A stretch of 64,000 bases of DNA from Deltaproteobacteria bacterium (GTDB taxonomy: Bacteria; Myxococcota_A; UBA9042; DTJE01): NCBI GenBank assembly GCA_029555025.1, contig JAKPTZ010000004.1, forward strand, positions 3,373 to 67,372, in the 5' to 3' direction. Position numbers and translations under genes: made by a program. Positions 47,701-57,335 of this stretch are shown piece by piece; position 1 is the stretch's first letter, and each line of letters starts with the position of its first letter. A model generated the notes under the pieces. That model saw only the letters and a list, made by a program, of their open reading frames with translations. It did no database searches and was not told the origin of the DNA.

Positions 47701-50340
47701 CTTTTTCAAAGCCTCAAGAAACAGATCCCATCCCTGGTTGTGCAGACCGATATCCGCAAGCGCCATGCACGCGTCGCCACACGACGGGGACTTGTCCGAA
47801 GGGTTCCTTCTGCAGATCTTGCGTGCCGTGTCCAGGGCGCCCTTCGTGTCGCCGGCAAGCCCGGCAAGTTCGATCAGCTTCAGCGCGCCCTCCGGCCTGC
47901 GGCCGAGCATCCTGACGGCAAATTGAAGCGCAAGATCCAGGCGACCGGCGCCGACCAGCGCATCAACGACTTCGAAGACACGCCTGCTGTCCCACAAGCG
48001 ATGCGCCCGACCGTCGTCGTCCGAGTACACCAGGCTCTCCGGGCTGCTTCCGACCGCCGCGAACTTGAAAAGCGGATCCAGGTTTATCTCCGACGAAAGC
48101 CCAAGCCTCCGCAGCGTGTTAACCAGAATCGGATAGGCCTGTGGCCTCATGAAACCGGATGTTTCCGTGAACGATCTTTTGAGCCATGCCGCGGCATCGG
48201 CGATTCGACCGGCCTTTGAGTACTCCGATGAAACGGCGACCGCGATGGAACCGTTGTCGGATTGATCCCTGACGGCCTCCTCAAAGAATCTGGCGGCATC
48301 CGGCAATTTTCTCGAAACCAGCGCGATCCGCCCCTTCAGCACGCTTACGCGCCAAAGCGCATCCGCACCGACGGCCTTCGCCGCAACGTCCAGGGCATCG
48401 GCGGCCAGGTCAAGGAACCCCCCGGAAATAAGTCCCTCGGACAGTTCCAGGTAGTTGTAGTCATCGACGACAGGCCCCGCCAGAAATACGGGCAGGTACT
48501 TCCTTACGCATTCTCGCTCGCCGATTCGCAGGCATGCGTCGGAGAGCCGCCTGGCAACGCCAGGTGGAAGGTCGGCCACGCCGGCCTGCGCGGCGACCAG
48601 GAAGGCACCGCCGAAAAACCTTGCCGCAAGGAACCGGTCAATTGCCTGCACAACCGCGGCACTTGACTTTCCCCCGACAAGGAACATCGTTCCAAGCGCG
48701 TCAACGGCATCGTCTTCCTGCCCGTTGTCCAGGTAAAGATCCACCAGCCGCGCAAGTGGCGCCGGGTTCCCGGGCTCGCGCGCCGCCAGCTTCCGGTAAG
48801 CCAGGATTTCTATCTCGGGCGGCAGTCCAAGATCCTTCACAAACCGGGCAATCGCCGCCACCACGTCGTGATCGTCCCCCGCTGACTCGAGGGCCGCCCG
48901 AATCTCACCGGGGATATCGCCTTTCATGACCCCGGCCTTTATCAACCTTGCCGCCATCAGATGGTTTCTGGAACGTGCCTGCTCGTCCGCGGCGATGCCG
49001 TTCGGCCTTCCCGCCGCAAGAATATCCGCGGATTCCCTGAGTCTGCGGGCATCGAAGAAGACCTGGGAGAGCCTGACGGCAAGGGATTCCCTTCGACCGG
49101 CTCGATTCACGGACTCGTTCGCGGCTCGAATGGCCCCATCCCAATCCTTCCTGCCGACAAGGGAAGAGACCCGCAGAAACGCGATTTCATCCGCATTGGA
49201 GGAGCCGGCGGGGGCCAGGCCGTTGAATGTGTCAAGCAGCTTCAGACAGAGACTGAATTTCCTTTCAGCCAGGAAGATCGAAGCACCCTCGACCAGTCTC
49301 TCCACATCCGGCTTGGCTACGCCCGCCACGCCGCCCCTGGGACCGTCGATTGGATCGCCCCTGACCCACGCCGCCATCGAGTCAACGGCGGCATCTTTCT
49401 CCCCGGCGGCCATCCAGAGCTTGGAAAGAACCAGGAACGCCCGCCCGCGATCCTTCATGGAAGCCAGGTTGCCCCTTGCGAACTCGGCCGCCTGGCGCTT
49501 CAGGCCATTACGAGACATGGCCCCCGAAATCGTCTCCACATCGGCTCCGACGCAGCGCTTAAGGCAACTTTCAGCCGCGCTGCAAGCCCTGTCGGGTGCC
49601 CCGGACTTCGCGCACGCCTGGAGCACGATGCCGAGTTGTTCCAGATCGGAAATTCCACGCTCCTGCATTATTGATGCAATCGGTAATGCCGCCTGGAACA
49701 GATCGTGGCTGAAGAATTCGCGAATCACGAATATGGCCGTGCCCGGGCCCAAGTCGGCCACGGCAAGCTTCTGGCCCAGGGATGTCGCGCAACCGGCATC
49801 ACCGGCGTCAAGGCAGTTGGAAAATATCCTTCGCTGAAGTTCCGGACTGTCCCCGCCCTTGTCGGCGGCCATTTCCAGAAACATGCCCGCCGATTTGAAA
49901 CGCGCGCCGGCAATCAGCATGTCGGCTGCCTTTAAGGCAATTGCCGCAGCATCGTCGCCACTGCCGGCCGAACCGACCGCCGCCGACAACCAGCGCTCGG
50001 CGGGAACCATGTCGCCCAGGCGCGAGGCCGCCTCGGCGCACAGGAATAGTGCTTCGCCGGGGAGTTGGCGCCTGGACTCGAGTGACTGGCACACGACTCC
50101 GCAAGCCAGAAACTCGCCCATCGACATCAAACCGCTGACGAACATGGGAACATCTGGACACTCCAGCCCGGATTCGGGGCCGCATCCATTCGCGGCGACC
50201 CGCCCCGCCGTTGCCAGAAGAGCCGTCGCCGATCCGGGCGGATCGACGATTTCCGCGGCAGGCGCGCGCGATGGCGCGACCAGCGGCAGTATGAATGCGA
50301 TTTGAATTGCGGCGACGTTCAGTCTGTGAAGGAAAGGCAC
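44698..50340 (-). CDS. Giant (1880 aa) secreted TPR/alpha-solenoid repeat protein
   Basis: Signal peptide-like N-terminus (AAIQIAFILPLVAPSRAPA). Alpha-helical repeat composition throughout. 4-bp overlap with cdsA. Single uninterrupted 5.6-kb ORF. Confidence 0.7.
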   Translation of the reverse strand: MPFLHRLNVAAIQIAFILPLVAPSRAPAAEIVDPPGSATALLATAGRVAANGCGPESGLECPDVPMFVSGLMSMGEFLACGVVCQSLESRRQLPGEALFLCAEAASRLGDMVPAERWLSAAVGSAGSGDDAAAIALKAADMLIAGARFKSAGMFLEMAADKGGDSPELQRRIFSNCLDAGDAGCATSLGQKLAVADLGPGTAIFVIREFFSHDLFQAALPIASIMQERGISDLEQLGIVLQACAKSGAPDRACSAAESCLKRCVGADVETISGAMSRNGLKRQAAEFARGNLASMKDRGRAFLVLSKLWMAAGEKDAAVDSMAAWVRGDPIDGPRGGVAGVAKPDVERLVEGASIFLAERKFSLCLKLLDTFNGLAPAGSSNADEIAFLRVSSLVGRKDWDGAIRAANESVNRAGRRESLAVRLSQVFFDARRLRESADILAAGRPNGIAADEQARSRNHLMAARLIKAGVMKGDIPGEIRAALESAGDDHDVVAAIARFVKDLGLPPEIEILAYRKLAAREPGNPAPLARLVDLYLDNGQEDDAVDALGTMFLVGGKSSAAVVQAIDRFLAARFFGGAFLVAAQAGVADLPPGVARRLSDACLRIGERECVRKYLPVFLAGPVVDDYNYLELSEGLISGGFLDLAADALDVAAKAVGADALWRVSVLKGRIALVSRKLPDAARFFEEAVRDQSDNGSIAVAVSSEYSKAGRIADAAAWLKRSFTETSGFMRPQAYPILVNTLRRLGLSSEINLDPLFKFAAVGSSPESLVYSDDDGRAHRLWDSRRVFEVVDALVGAGRLDLALQFAVRMLGRRPEGALKLIELAGLAGDTKGALDTARKICRRNPSDKSPSCGDACMALADIGLHNQGWDLFLEALKKHPERISGRDAAALVSMAVRKGDGDVALQAARLLSPEIYKNATRIEDVWPVLPELLGRDRWTSLLADLAAREDMAIDGRILVEAGINLIIAGRREDGLALVQKYSAEGPRMLGVAFMHLVTAGLFRDAVGLLEGARDELVAGMTQQDLFVILSSFASRGDLAGAGAFASRYVRASGGSLDAGRAAAFASLAYTDATSVIADIEKVGIDGLALRERIQYAAMLWAIGERDRAVGEFRKVLESDGEPEEISAYRRFVFGFLESEAAADVISGLFQDRPRALRVGQRTELEEMLQASSDVALPGDAALKRARAAFFRVVRGVRTISFKDKGKERTDLVNYIRQEARRGTASVLAREALERRGASFAQTALLAACLAGEDKMLDQAIDRLVPTSIGATDMPGGETAAAVDVLTVADLLFQCGRWRSAVEAAVGYLQMFDLDVNDMSRAVHIAVKGALLARIPNRVTPDFIAKITDDQLMRFSLESAVARAAGDPESDVRAASVGLSLMKEQSSLFLDSTLASIRAGQVDGLDARVWSITESLPFPGRHVPVVVATLLDFFQPRLARDFVLRAGDRYGWTIDRLSELFKARVETGDEAGAIETAGRILAMHADQTRSATVLLAYAAASLRYRVAFHLADGLLALNGGKVAGGLPPDVFDQVASSVQSFYRIDPACDRGARLLDFALLNARDREGACGQLVGRAFGAGPGDSGFIQAVQATFLDGRCSAAFLKDQLADLLDARASGPKSVRFRNSYPDEGWMKLMNQAVRAAMIEGRIRDALDWCELGFGRLGSVSDRVTLVQAVIEYIGDQTSVWSQDRAIAADFALRAIDVPGTDPTRFILLYSQILGMADTEGNGAAVFGVMENEIGISPSSPTNRNNLAYTLSIFGHGKARALDQIRVASELGGMDRGAYLETEAWALFKYGQIHKALQIQLQARRFWSRSDSGLGLAECFNHLGTIQLALGLRADATESFRLAVANGENWGWHSILSMRRLDELGFFEVVNR

Positions 50341-50397
50341 CGTGTCACCCCCGCTTTCTGGCGCGTGACGGCCTTCAGGGGCGTCACGGGAAACCTG

Positions 50398-51876
50398 TCA
50401 TGACTTGGCTTCGCGGGTATGCGATGAGTATCCGGCCTCCGGCGGAACCGGGTAACGTCCGGAGAAACACGCATCACACCAGCCGTTGCCGGATCCCTGG
50501 GATACGACGCGGTGCATACCCTCGATTGACAGATAACCAACGGAGTCGGCCGTTAATTCCCGCGCGATAAGCCTGTTGTCATGAAGCCTGGCCGCAATCA
50601 GTTCCTCGCGGCATGGCGTGTCGATGCCGTAGTAGCAGGGCCACCGTGTCGGCGGCGAAGAAATCCGGAGATGAACCTCGCGGGCTCCCTTGTCCCGAAC
50701 CATCTGAACAATCTTCGCCGATGTCGTGCCGCGAACAATCGAATCGTCGACCACGACCACGACCCGGTTCCTTATCGTCGCCTCGACCGCGGCCAGTTTC
50801 AATTTGACGCCGAAATGACGAATCTTCTGTTCAGGCTCGATGAAAGTGCGTCCGACATAGTGGCTGCGGATAAGGCCCATGTCGAACGGAATGCCTGATT
50901 CCTTTGAGAATCCGTTGGCCGCCGACGTGCCGGAGTCCGGCACCGGAATCACTACATCGCCGTTCGGAACTGGCGCCTCGCGCGCGAGCTGGCGTCCGAA
51001 TAGCGACCTGACCTCATAAACCTGACGCCCGAAAACGATGCTGTCTGGGCGAGCGAAGTAAATGTGTTCAAACACGCACTGGGCCAGACGTGGCGCCCGA
51101 ACCGGGAAATGGCTTTCCCGGCCGCCGCGCGTGACTACCAGAATCTCGCCGGGCTCGACTTCCCGCTCGTATGTGGCGCCAATCAACGAGAGAGCCGTGG
51201 TCTCCGATGCCACAACCGTCGCGCCTTTCAGATTGCCCACGACAAGGGGACGGAAGCCGTACGGATCCCTGACCGCGACCATTTCGTCCCGACCAAGCAG
51301 AACCAGCGAATACGCACCCCTTGCGCTTTCCATCATGGCCGCGACGCGATCGTGCAGCCTGGGCGCGGTGTGGGCGGCCACAAGCTGAAGCAGCACCTCG
51401 CTGTCGGACGAACATTGGAACAGGTGCCCCCTGTTCATCAATTCCCATTTAAGTGTGTTGGCGTTGACGATGTTGCCGTTATGGCAGAGTGCCAGATCAC
51501 CGCCCGCATACTGGCAATTAATCGGCTGCGCGTTAAGCAGCGACGATGAGCCGGCCGTCGAGTATCTGACATGGCCGACGGCGCAATCGCCCGGCAGTCC
51601 GGCAAGAACCTCGTGCGAAAATATGTCGCCGACAAGGCCCATCTGCCTGTAAAGAAACATCTTGCGGCCGTCCCACGTCGCGATGCCGGCGCTCTCCTGG
51701 CCCCGGTGCTGCAACGAATGAAGCCCCAGATACGCCAGTGTCGATGCGCCTTCGTGGCCGAAAATTCCAAACACTCCGCACTCGTCATGAATGCTTTTCA
51801 AGCTGGACCTCTTGTAACTGTAGCTGTGGTTTCCAGTCCGGGCGCCGGCGAAAGCCGGGCCCTGTTCCGGCGTCAA
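50398..51876 (-). CDS. purF: Amidophosphoribosyltransferase
   Basis: N-terminal nucleophile CGVFGIFGH preceded by a propeptide. PRTase motif VVVVDDSIVRGTT. C-terminal Fe-S Cys cluster. A TTG alternative start at about 51801 would give a 7-aa propeptide. Confidence 0.9.
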   Translation of the reverse strand: MTPEQGPAFAGARTGNHSYSYKRSSLKSIHDECGVFGIFGHEGASTLAYLGLHSLQHRGQESAGIATWDGRKMFLYRQMGLVGDIFSHEVLAGLPGDCAVGHVRYSTAGSSSLLNAQPINCQYAGGDLALCHNGNIVNANTLKWELMNRGHLFQCSSDSEVLLQLVAAHTAPRLHDRVAAMMESARGAYSLVLLGRDEMVAVRDPYGFRPLVVGNLKGATVVASETTALSLIGATYEREVEPGEILVVTRGGRESHFPVRAPRLAQCVFEHIYFARPDSIVFGRQVYEVRSLFGRQLAREAPVPNGDVVIPVPDSGTSAANGFSKESGIPFDMGLIRSHYVGRTFIEPEQKIRHFGVKLKLAAVEATIRNRVVVVVDDSIVRGTTSAKIVQMVRDKGAREVHLRISSPPTRWPCYYGIDTPCREELIAARLHDNRLIARELTADSVGYLSIEGMHRVVSQGSGNGWCDACFSGRYPVPPEAGYSSHTREAKS

Positions 51877-52439
51877 CCGGGCTGCGCCTGTGAATCCCCC
51901 CCGGATTCGTCCGCCGACTCTTCGTCCGGCGATCTCGAGCCCTCGAGAGGCATCGGGAAAATGGCTTCAAGTTCGCAGGCGATGTCGTCCTGCGAACCGT
52001 TGGTGGCGACCGAAATTTCCTCCACCAGAAGAACCCTGGCGGTGTCGAGCAACCTCTTCTCCCCGAAGGAAAGAGGCTTTTCGTTGCGAAGAAGGCACAG
52101 ATCCCGAAGAACCTCGGCAACGTCGAAGACGGAGCCGGTCTTCAGCTTTTCCAGGTACCCACGGTAACGCCGGTTCCAGTTCTGGCGGGTAAGCCGCTGC
52201 GGCTTGGCCTTCAGCAGGCCGAAAACCTGCGGAACCTCTTCCTCGGCGATGACCTGCCTCAGGCCGACCGACATGGCCTTCGACAGCGGAATCATGATCC
52301 GATGCTCGGAATCCATCAGCTTCAACATGTAGAAAGTCTGCTTGCTTCCGCTGACTTCACGGCTTTCGATTCCCAGAACCTCGGCCACCCCGTGCGCGGG
52401 ATATACGGCCTTGTCACCGACTCTGAAATTATCGAACAT
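51873..52439 (-). CDS. cdnL: CarD/CdnL-family RNA-polymerase-binding transcription factor
   Basis: N-terminal FRVGDKAVYPAHGVAEV (CarD_CdnL_TRCF RNAP-interaction domain). About 190 aa with an acidic tail. GGAGG RBS before the ATG at 52439. Confidence 0.8.
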   Translation of the reverse strand: MFDNFRVGDKAVYPAHGVAEVLGIESREVSGSKQTFYMLKLMDSEHRIMIPLSKAMSVGLRQVIAEEEVPQVFGLLKAKPQRLTRQNWNRRYRGYLEKLKTGSVFDVAEVLRDLCLLRNEKPLSFGEKRLLDTARVLLVEEISVATNGSQDDIACELEAIFPMPLEGSRSPDEESADESGGDSQAQPG

Positions 52440-52471
52440 CGAAAACCTCCAAGGATATCCTGGGATACCCA

Positions 52472-53419
52472 TTATTTTGCCTGATCGTCGGCCGGCTCGC
52501 CCCCATCGCCGGGTTTGGCATCGTCAGCCGGCTTCGGTTCCCCCGCCGGCCCCGCTGCCCTGGCCGCCTCCGCGGCCTCCTTTTCCTGTGTGGCCTTTTC
52601 GGCCTCGGCCGCCTTCTGGATTGCTGTCCTTGAACCGGCCATTATCTTCTGGACGTCGTCGCGGTTTCGCGCAGTCGTGAAACGATCCAGATAGTCCGTT
52701 GATTCCCTGACCGCCATCTCGTGCCTTCCCGCCGCCGCCAGGGCGCCGATATAAGCGTACCTGACCTTGTCGGAATCCCGTGTGGAAGGAATATCCTTCA
52801 TCAACTGTTCAATGCGCAGCAGCGCGCCTTCCGGCTTCTTGCGGGTCATATTGAACCGCGCGACTTCCATCTCGAATGACGAGACGATATCGACCATCCG
52901 CCGCCGCATCTTCAGGACCTGCGAGCAATACGGACTGTCGGGAAAATTGGCCACGAAGGACTGAATCGATTTCAGCGCGGATCGTACCGGCTTCTGATCC
53001 CGCCTGTCCGATGGCGGAACCAGAAAGAAATCACCCGAGATGGACTGCACCTTGCTGTCCGCGAGACGGAAATATGCGTAATGCAGGTTTGGATTGCTTG
53101 TATTCGTGTTGATAAAGGCCACGTAGGCCTTGCTGGCCTCCTCGAACATGTTCTGGTAGTACAGCGTGTCCGCAAGGCGGAGACGGGCCAGCCTTGAATA
53201 TACGACGTGGGAAGGCGCGCGCGACGCAAGGCTGAAACTCTTGAAGGCGGCATCGAAATCGCCCTCTTTCATTGAGTTCATTCCGTCGTGATATGCCCGC
53301 CTGGCAACCTCAAGAGTTGTTGAAACGGTACTTCTGGCCTGAACCTGCGGCTTCTGGGACGCGCATCCCGCACCAGCGAAGATTGCAACAAAAATCAGTA
53401 ATTTCGAAAAGTTGTGCAT
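52472..53419 (-). CDS. bamD: BamD-like outer-membrane assembly lipoprotein (TPR)
   Basis: Lipoprotein signal LIFVAIFAGAGC. TPR organisation. Segments FPDSPY and EMEVARF match the BamD YPNSQY and EYSVAEYY regions. Confidence 0.55.
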   Translation of the reverse strand: MHNFSKLLIFVAIFAGAGCASQKPQVQARSTVSTTLEVARRAYHDGMNSMKEGDFDAAFKSFSLASRAPSHVVYSRLARLRLADTLYYQNMFEEASKAYVAFINTNTSNPNLHYAYFRLADSKVQSISGDFFLVPPSDRRDQKPVRSALKSIQSFVANFPDSPYCSQVLKMRRRMVDIVSSFEMEVARFNMTRKKPEGALLRIEQLMKDIPSTRDSDKVRYAYIGALAAAGRHEMAVRESTDYLDRFTTARNRDDVQKIMAGSRTAIQKAAEAEKATQEKEAAEAARAAGPAGEPKPADDAKPGDGGEPADDQAK

Positions 53420-53544
53420 TTAGTAAGAAACACCTCAGCCGAAAGTATCTTATCCCGTCGAACCCCCGAATGTCAACCGCCACGCCCCCGCACTTTTGAA
53501 AATCACGCCCCTGTCGTAGCATATGCCGGACTTAACCCGCGTCG

Positions 53545-55410
53545 GTGAGCTTAATGGCTGAAGGCATGTCGGGAATCGCTTGCGTCTGCGATCCTTCGAA
53601 CCGCGGCCGGTGGATGACGGCCTTTGAATCCGCCGGCGCGGGGCGGCTTGGAATCCGGGTCATCTTTCCCGGTTCCGGTTCTTTCGTTCCGGAACCTGGT
53701 CGATGGCTGGTTTTCCTGGATACGTGCCCGATTGGGATTGAGTCGATCCTGTCACGCTTTCCAATCGGGGACTCGACTGTTGCCACGGGCCTGCTGCGAT
53801 CGGCGCCCCCCGGCTTTCTTCCGTCAGGGCTTCCAATGTTCGCTGCCGACCGGATACGCGCGCTTCCACCATTCATTTCGGGCCGCTGGTTCCGCGCCAT
53901 CGCCTCGGCCGCGGCTCAGGGGCACATCGGCAGGCTGGCGGCACTTACCCTGCGTTTCGGTCCGGCCGAACACGAATCATCCCAGGATCCGGATTCTCCG
54001 GCAGCCCGCGCGGCGCTTGTCGTCAGCGGACTGACGGGACGGCGGATTCGTTTCAATGCATCCCGGTCAGGCGCCTCCGGTTCACCCGCGCTGGCCACCA
54101 GGCTTGAAGGCTCCATCGACGGGATTGATGTTCCGGTGTCCTTTGAAATCAATCCGGCGCCTGCCCCCCTGGTGGTGGAAGTCGTGGGAGTATCCGGCAG
54201 GATCATCGCGGTTCTCGACGGTTCGGGCGCCGACGTGATTCTCGAATCGGGATCCGGCCGCGACACGATCTTTCACGGACGCCTGAATCCGTTCGATGAC
54301 GCGGCATCGGCGATCGTTGCCGGCTTGTCCAGGAACTCGACGTCATTTTTCCCGCTTTCAACCGTCAACTCGGCCCTTGATTCACTTGCGGCGATGTCTG
54401 GCGCCGCATTCTCGACGTCATTGCCGGGTATCCGGACGGGGAACATGCGGACGGACTTCATCGCGAACGACTTCACTTCGTCCGACGACGTTTCAACCGG
54501 TTCCGGGACGATTCGTGAATTGAAGGTCTTCGTTTCGGACGCATGCAATCTGAACTGTCCGTTCTGTTTCTCCCGCTCGCCCGAAAAGGCAGCCCCTTCG
54601 GTCGATAGCTTCCGGTCCGTCTTCAAGGACGCCGTCGCGGCCGGGTATGATTCCGCCCTGCTTTCCGGCGGCGAGCCGACACTCAATCCGGATCTTCGCG
54701 ATATCGTCGTCGCCGCCCGGAACGCGGGAATGCGTTTCGTGGGGATCGAAACGAACGCAATTCTTCTGGACACGCAGGGGGCGGCCGCCGAACTCGCATC
54801 GGCAGGACTTGACAGGGCACTTGTCTCCTTTCATTCGATGGATCCGGAAACGCTTGTCGCGCTCACCGGCTCGCGCACGTCGCTGCCAAGGGCCATCGGT
54901 GGTATCCGCGCTCTTCTTGATGCCGGAATCCAGGTCAACATCAACTGCGTGACCACCGCGTTGAATTACCGGGAGCTTCCGGAAATCACGACATTCCTTT
55001 CCGGGCTGCGTCCGGCAATCAGCCAGATGGTCCTCAGCTTCATGGCCGGCCTCGGTTCGGCCACGGATCACCCCGAACTCTATCCGCGGGTTTCAGACGC
55101 GGCTCCATTCCTCAGGCGGGCCATCGAAATCGCCTCGTCCTCCGGTATCGACGCGGTCATCCCTGGCCAGTGCGGCCTTCCCCAGTGCGTGCTTCCCGAC
55201 AAGCTAGATCGGTTCTGCAACCAGCAGCTCGCGACGGCATCCCCATCCTGGACGGCGCCGGCGCTGGAAGGAAAGGTCTTTGCAGCTTCCTGCACCGAAT
55301 GTCGTGTTCGCCGCTGGTGTTACGGAGTCTGGAAGGTATATGCGGACAGGCACGGACTGGAGGAATTCAGGCCGATCACTTCGACAGGTGTTTCCGGTAG
55401 CGCTCCATGA
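53545..55410 (+). CDS. Radical SAM domain protein with N-terminal domain of unknown function
   Basis: C-terminal half carries CNLNCPFC, GGEPT, and a terminal CTECRVRRWC. The core is paralogous to the protein at 40342-42003. About 300 aa of unassigned N-terminal domain. Confidence 0.7.
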   Translation: MSLMAEGMSGIACVCDPSNRGRWMTAFESAGAGRLGIRVIFPGSGSFVPEPGRWLVFLDTCPIGIESILSRFPIGDSTVATGLLRSAPPGFLPSGLPMFAADRIRALPPFISGRWFRAIASAAAQGHIGRLAALTLRFGPAEHESSQDPDSPAARAALVVSGLTGRRIRFNASRSGASGSPALATRLEGSIDGIDVPVSFEINPAPAPLVVEVVGVSGRIIAVLDGSGADVILESGSGRDTIFHGRLNPFDDAASAIVAGLSRNSTSFFPLSTVNSALDSLAAMSGAAFSTSLPGIRTGNMRTDFIANDFTSSDDVSTGSGTIRELKVFVSDACNLNCPFCFSRSPEKAAPSVDSFRSVFKDAVAAGYDSALLSGGEPTLNPDLRDIVVAARNAGMRFVGIETNAILLDTQGAAAELASAGLDRALVSFHSMDPETLVALTGSRTSLPRAIGGIRALLDAGIQVNINCVTTALNYRELPEITTFLSGLRPAISQMVLSFMAGLGSATDHPELYPRVSDAAPFLRRAIEIASSSGIDAVIPGQCGLPQCVLPDKLDRFCNQQLATASPSWTAPALEGKVFAASCTECRVRRWCYGVWKVYADRHGLEEFRPITSTGVSGSAP

Positions 55411-56182
55411 CCCTGGCCACATAGTTTTCACATGACCTCGGGACGACGTTGCCGGCCTTCTGCACGTTGCCTGCGCCGGTGTAGTACGCCGCGATCACAA
55501 GTTCATGATTGCCGTCGAAACGATCCGAAAGAAGACGCAGCAGCTTGGCGCCGGCCCTGACGTTCTGTTCAGGATCGAACGGGTTGTCCAGATTCAGATA
55601 ATCGGCGGTAACCGGCATCAACTGCATCAGGCCCTGGGCGCCGACAGGCGAGACCACATCGGGATTGAACCCGGATTCGACCTCGATTACCGCGTACAGA
55701 AGCGCCTCCGGAATTCCGAATTCGGCGGCGGCGGCCTTCACCATCCGATCGAGTCCCTCCACCCTTTCCGGGCCACGCTTTGAAGGACCGGGCACGATCT
55801 CCTCGGATGAAACGACGCGACGAACCTGGGCCGACGAACCGCCGCCGGACGCAGCCGAATCCTGCCGCCCGCCGCTGCCTGACTGTTCGTCCTCGGTGCG
55901 GTTGAATATGTACCAGACGCCATTCTTTTCGCACTTGTAAAAGACCGAGTTCCGGTATCTCTGCACGACGCACTTCGAGCCCTTCGGTTTTGACGGCTGG
56001 GCGTTGAAATCAAGATAGACCGAGCACTTCTGGCCGGGCTGCTTCTGGTTGAAAAAGCCCTTCACGCCGTCCTTGCCGACGCACTCGTAGAAGGTATCTG
56101 CCCGCGCCGCGCCCTGCGCGCACAAGGCGACCGCGAAGACGAGGACGAAGGCCGTCGGCCAGACCGGTCTCCCCCGGGTCAT
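55376..56182 (-). CDS. Lytic transglycosylase (SLT domain) with N-terminal DUF4124-like domain
   Basis: Signal peptide MTRGRPVWPTAFVLVFAVALCAQGA. SLT catalytic motif EVESGFNPDVVSPVGAQGLMQLMP. Confidence 0.8.
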   Translation of the reverse strand: MTRGRPVWPTAFVLVFAVALCAQGAARADTFYECVGKDGVKGFFNQKQPGQKCSVYLDFNAQPSKPKGSKCVVQRYRNSVFYKCEKNGVWYIFNRTEDEQSGSGGRQDSAASGGGSSAQVRRVVSSEEIVPGPSKRGPERVEGLDRMVKAAAAEFGIPEALLYAVIEVESGFNPDVVSPVGAQGLMQLMPVTADYLNLDNPFDPEQNVRAGAKLLRLLSDRFDGNHELVIAAYYTGAGNVQKAGNVVPRSCENYVARVMERYRKHLSK

Positions 56183-56183
56183 G

Positions 56184-57308
56184 TCAGTTCCTTTCCCCAC
56201 CGGTGCCCTCAATGTCGTTCAATCCGATTGCAAACGCCTTCCGGAAGGAAACCTGGCCCTTCAGGATGAACCATCCGCCAAAAATCAGGAGCTGGAGCAA
56301 TTGAAGCGTCCACACCGTAAGCGCATAGGCCAGGCCCGCGGGGTTTCCCGCCTCGATGCCGTAAAGCTCCATCGGCTTCAGAAGAAAGTACCAGAAAGAC
56401 CCGATGTTGGCCGGAGCATTCGGAATCATCATCCCGACCACGATCGTTGACATCATCGCGAACGCTCCGATCAGGGGCACGCCCAGCGGAACCCAACCCG
56501 CGCTCGAATTCACCTGGAAACCGCTTGCCAGCAGGAACAGCCCGAAGCCGTTCGAGCACCAGTAGGCAAGCGACATCAGAAGAAACAGAAGAAAGTTCTT
56601 GAAGTCGGGAAATACCGACAGTCCGAACATGAATCGATCGACCATCCCGGCAATCCTGCTTGCCGCCCCGGTTCCCGGAAACCTGCCGGCCATGCCGTGG
56701 ATCACGACCGACAGCCTCTTGCGGAAGGCAAACATCAGGATAAGGACGGTGACCGCCACACCGAAAATCACGAGCGTGATATACGTTCCGATCCTGATTT
56801 CCAGATATGAATCCAGGTTCGACTTCGGCATGAAGAGCAGTGCCACCGCAAGGAATCCGGCGACGATGATCCCATCGACCACCCTTTCAACAACGATCGT
56901 CGCCAGCGCGGCCGATCTTCGGATGGGTGCCTCGGTGGATACAAGCATCGGACGAACCAGTTCGCCAAGACGCATCGGAAGCAGGAACACCGCCATGTTT
57001 CCGACGGAACAGACCCGGTTCAGGGTCCAGAAATCGACGTGTCCCAACGGTTTCAGCAAAGGCTGCCACCGCCAGAACCTGAACAGGTGCAAGGAAAGAA
57101 GAGTCAGGAAATAAAGGAACAGAGTCAGGAACGATACGCGCCAGCCGTCGGTGGTAATCATTCCGTCGGCAATTCGGATCCCCCCGGCGGCGATTGATTC
57201 CACCGGCCAGTCCCGGAATGCCAGCCACACGAAAAGACCACCTATGGCGACCGAAACCGCCCACTTCAAACCCGTATTGAATTTCCTTCTGGCAGTGCCC
57301 ATCTTCAC
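56184..57308 (-). CDS. UPF0104 / LPG-synthase-TM (flippase-like) family membrane protein
   Basis: Eight or more predicted TM helices. Family resemblance to the MprF N-terminal domain, including the conserved LP.RLGEL.RP segment. Confidence 0.65.
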   Translation of the reverse strand: MKMGTARRKFNTGLKWAVSVAIGGLFVWLAFRDWPVESIAAGGIRIADGMITTDGWRVSFLTLFLYFLTLLSLHLFRFWRWQPLLKPLGHVDFWTLNRVCSVGNMAVFLLPMRLGELVRPMLVSTEAPIRRSAALATIVVERVVDGIIVAGFLAVALLFMPKSNLDSYLEIRIGTYITLVIFGVAVTVLILMFAFRKRLSVVIHGMAGRFPGTGAASRIAGMVDRFMFGLSVFPDFKNFLLFLLMSLAYWCSNGFGLFLLASGFQVNSSAGWVPLGVPLIGAFAMMSTIVVGMMIPNAPANIGSFWYFLLKPMELYGIEAGNPAGLAYALTVWTLQLLQLLIFGGWFILKGQVSFRKAFAIGLNDIEGTGGERN

Positions 57309-57335
57309 CAGTCAAGGCGTGGCGCCCGGCTCCGG

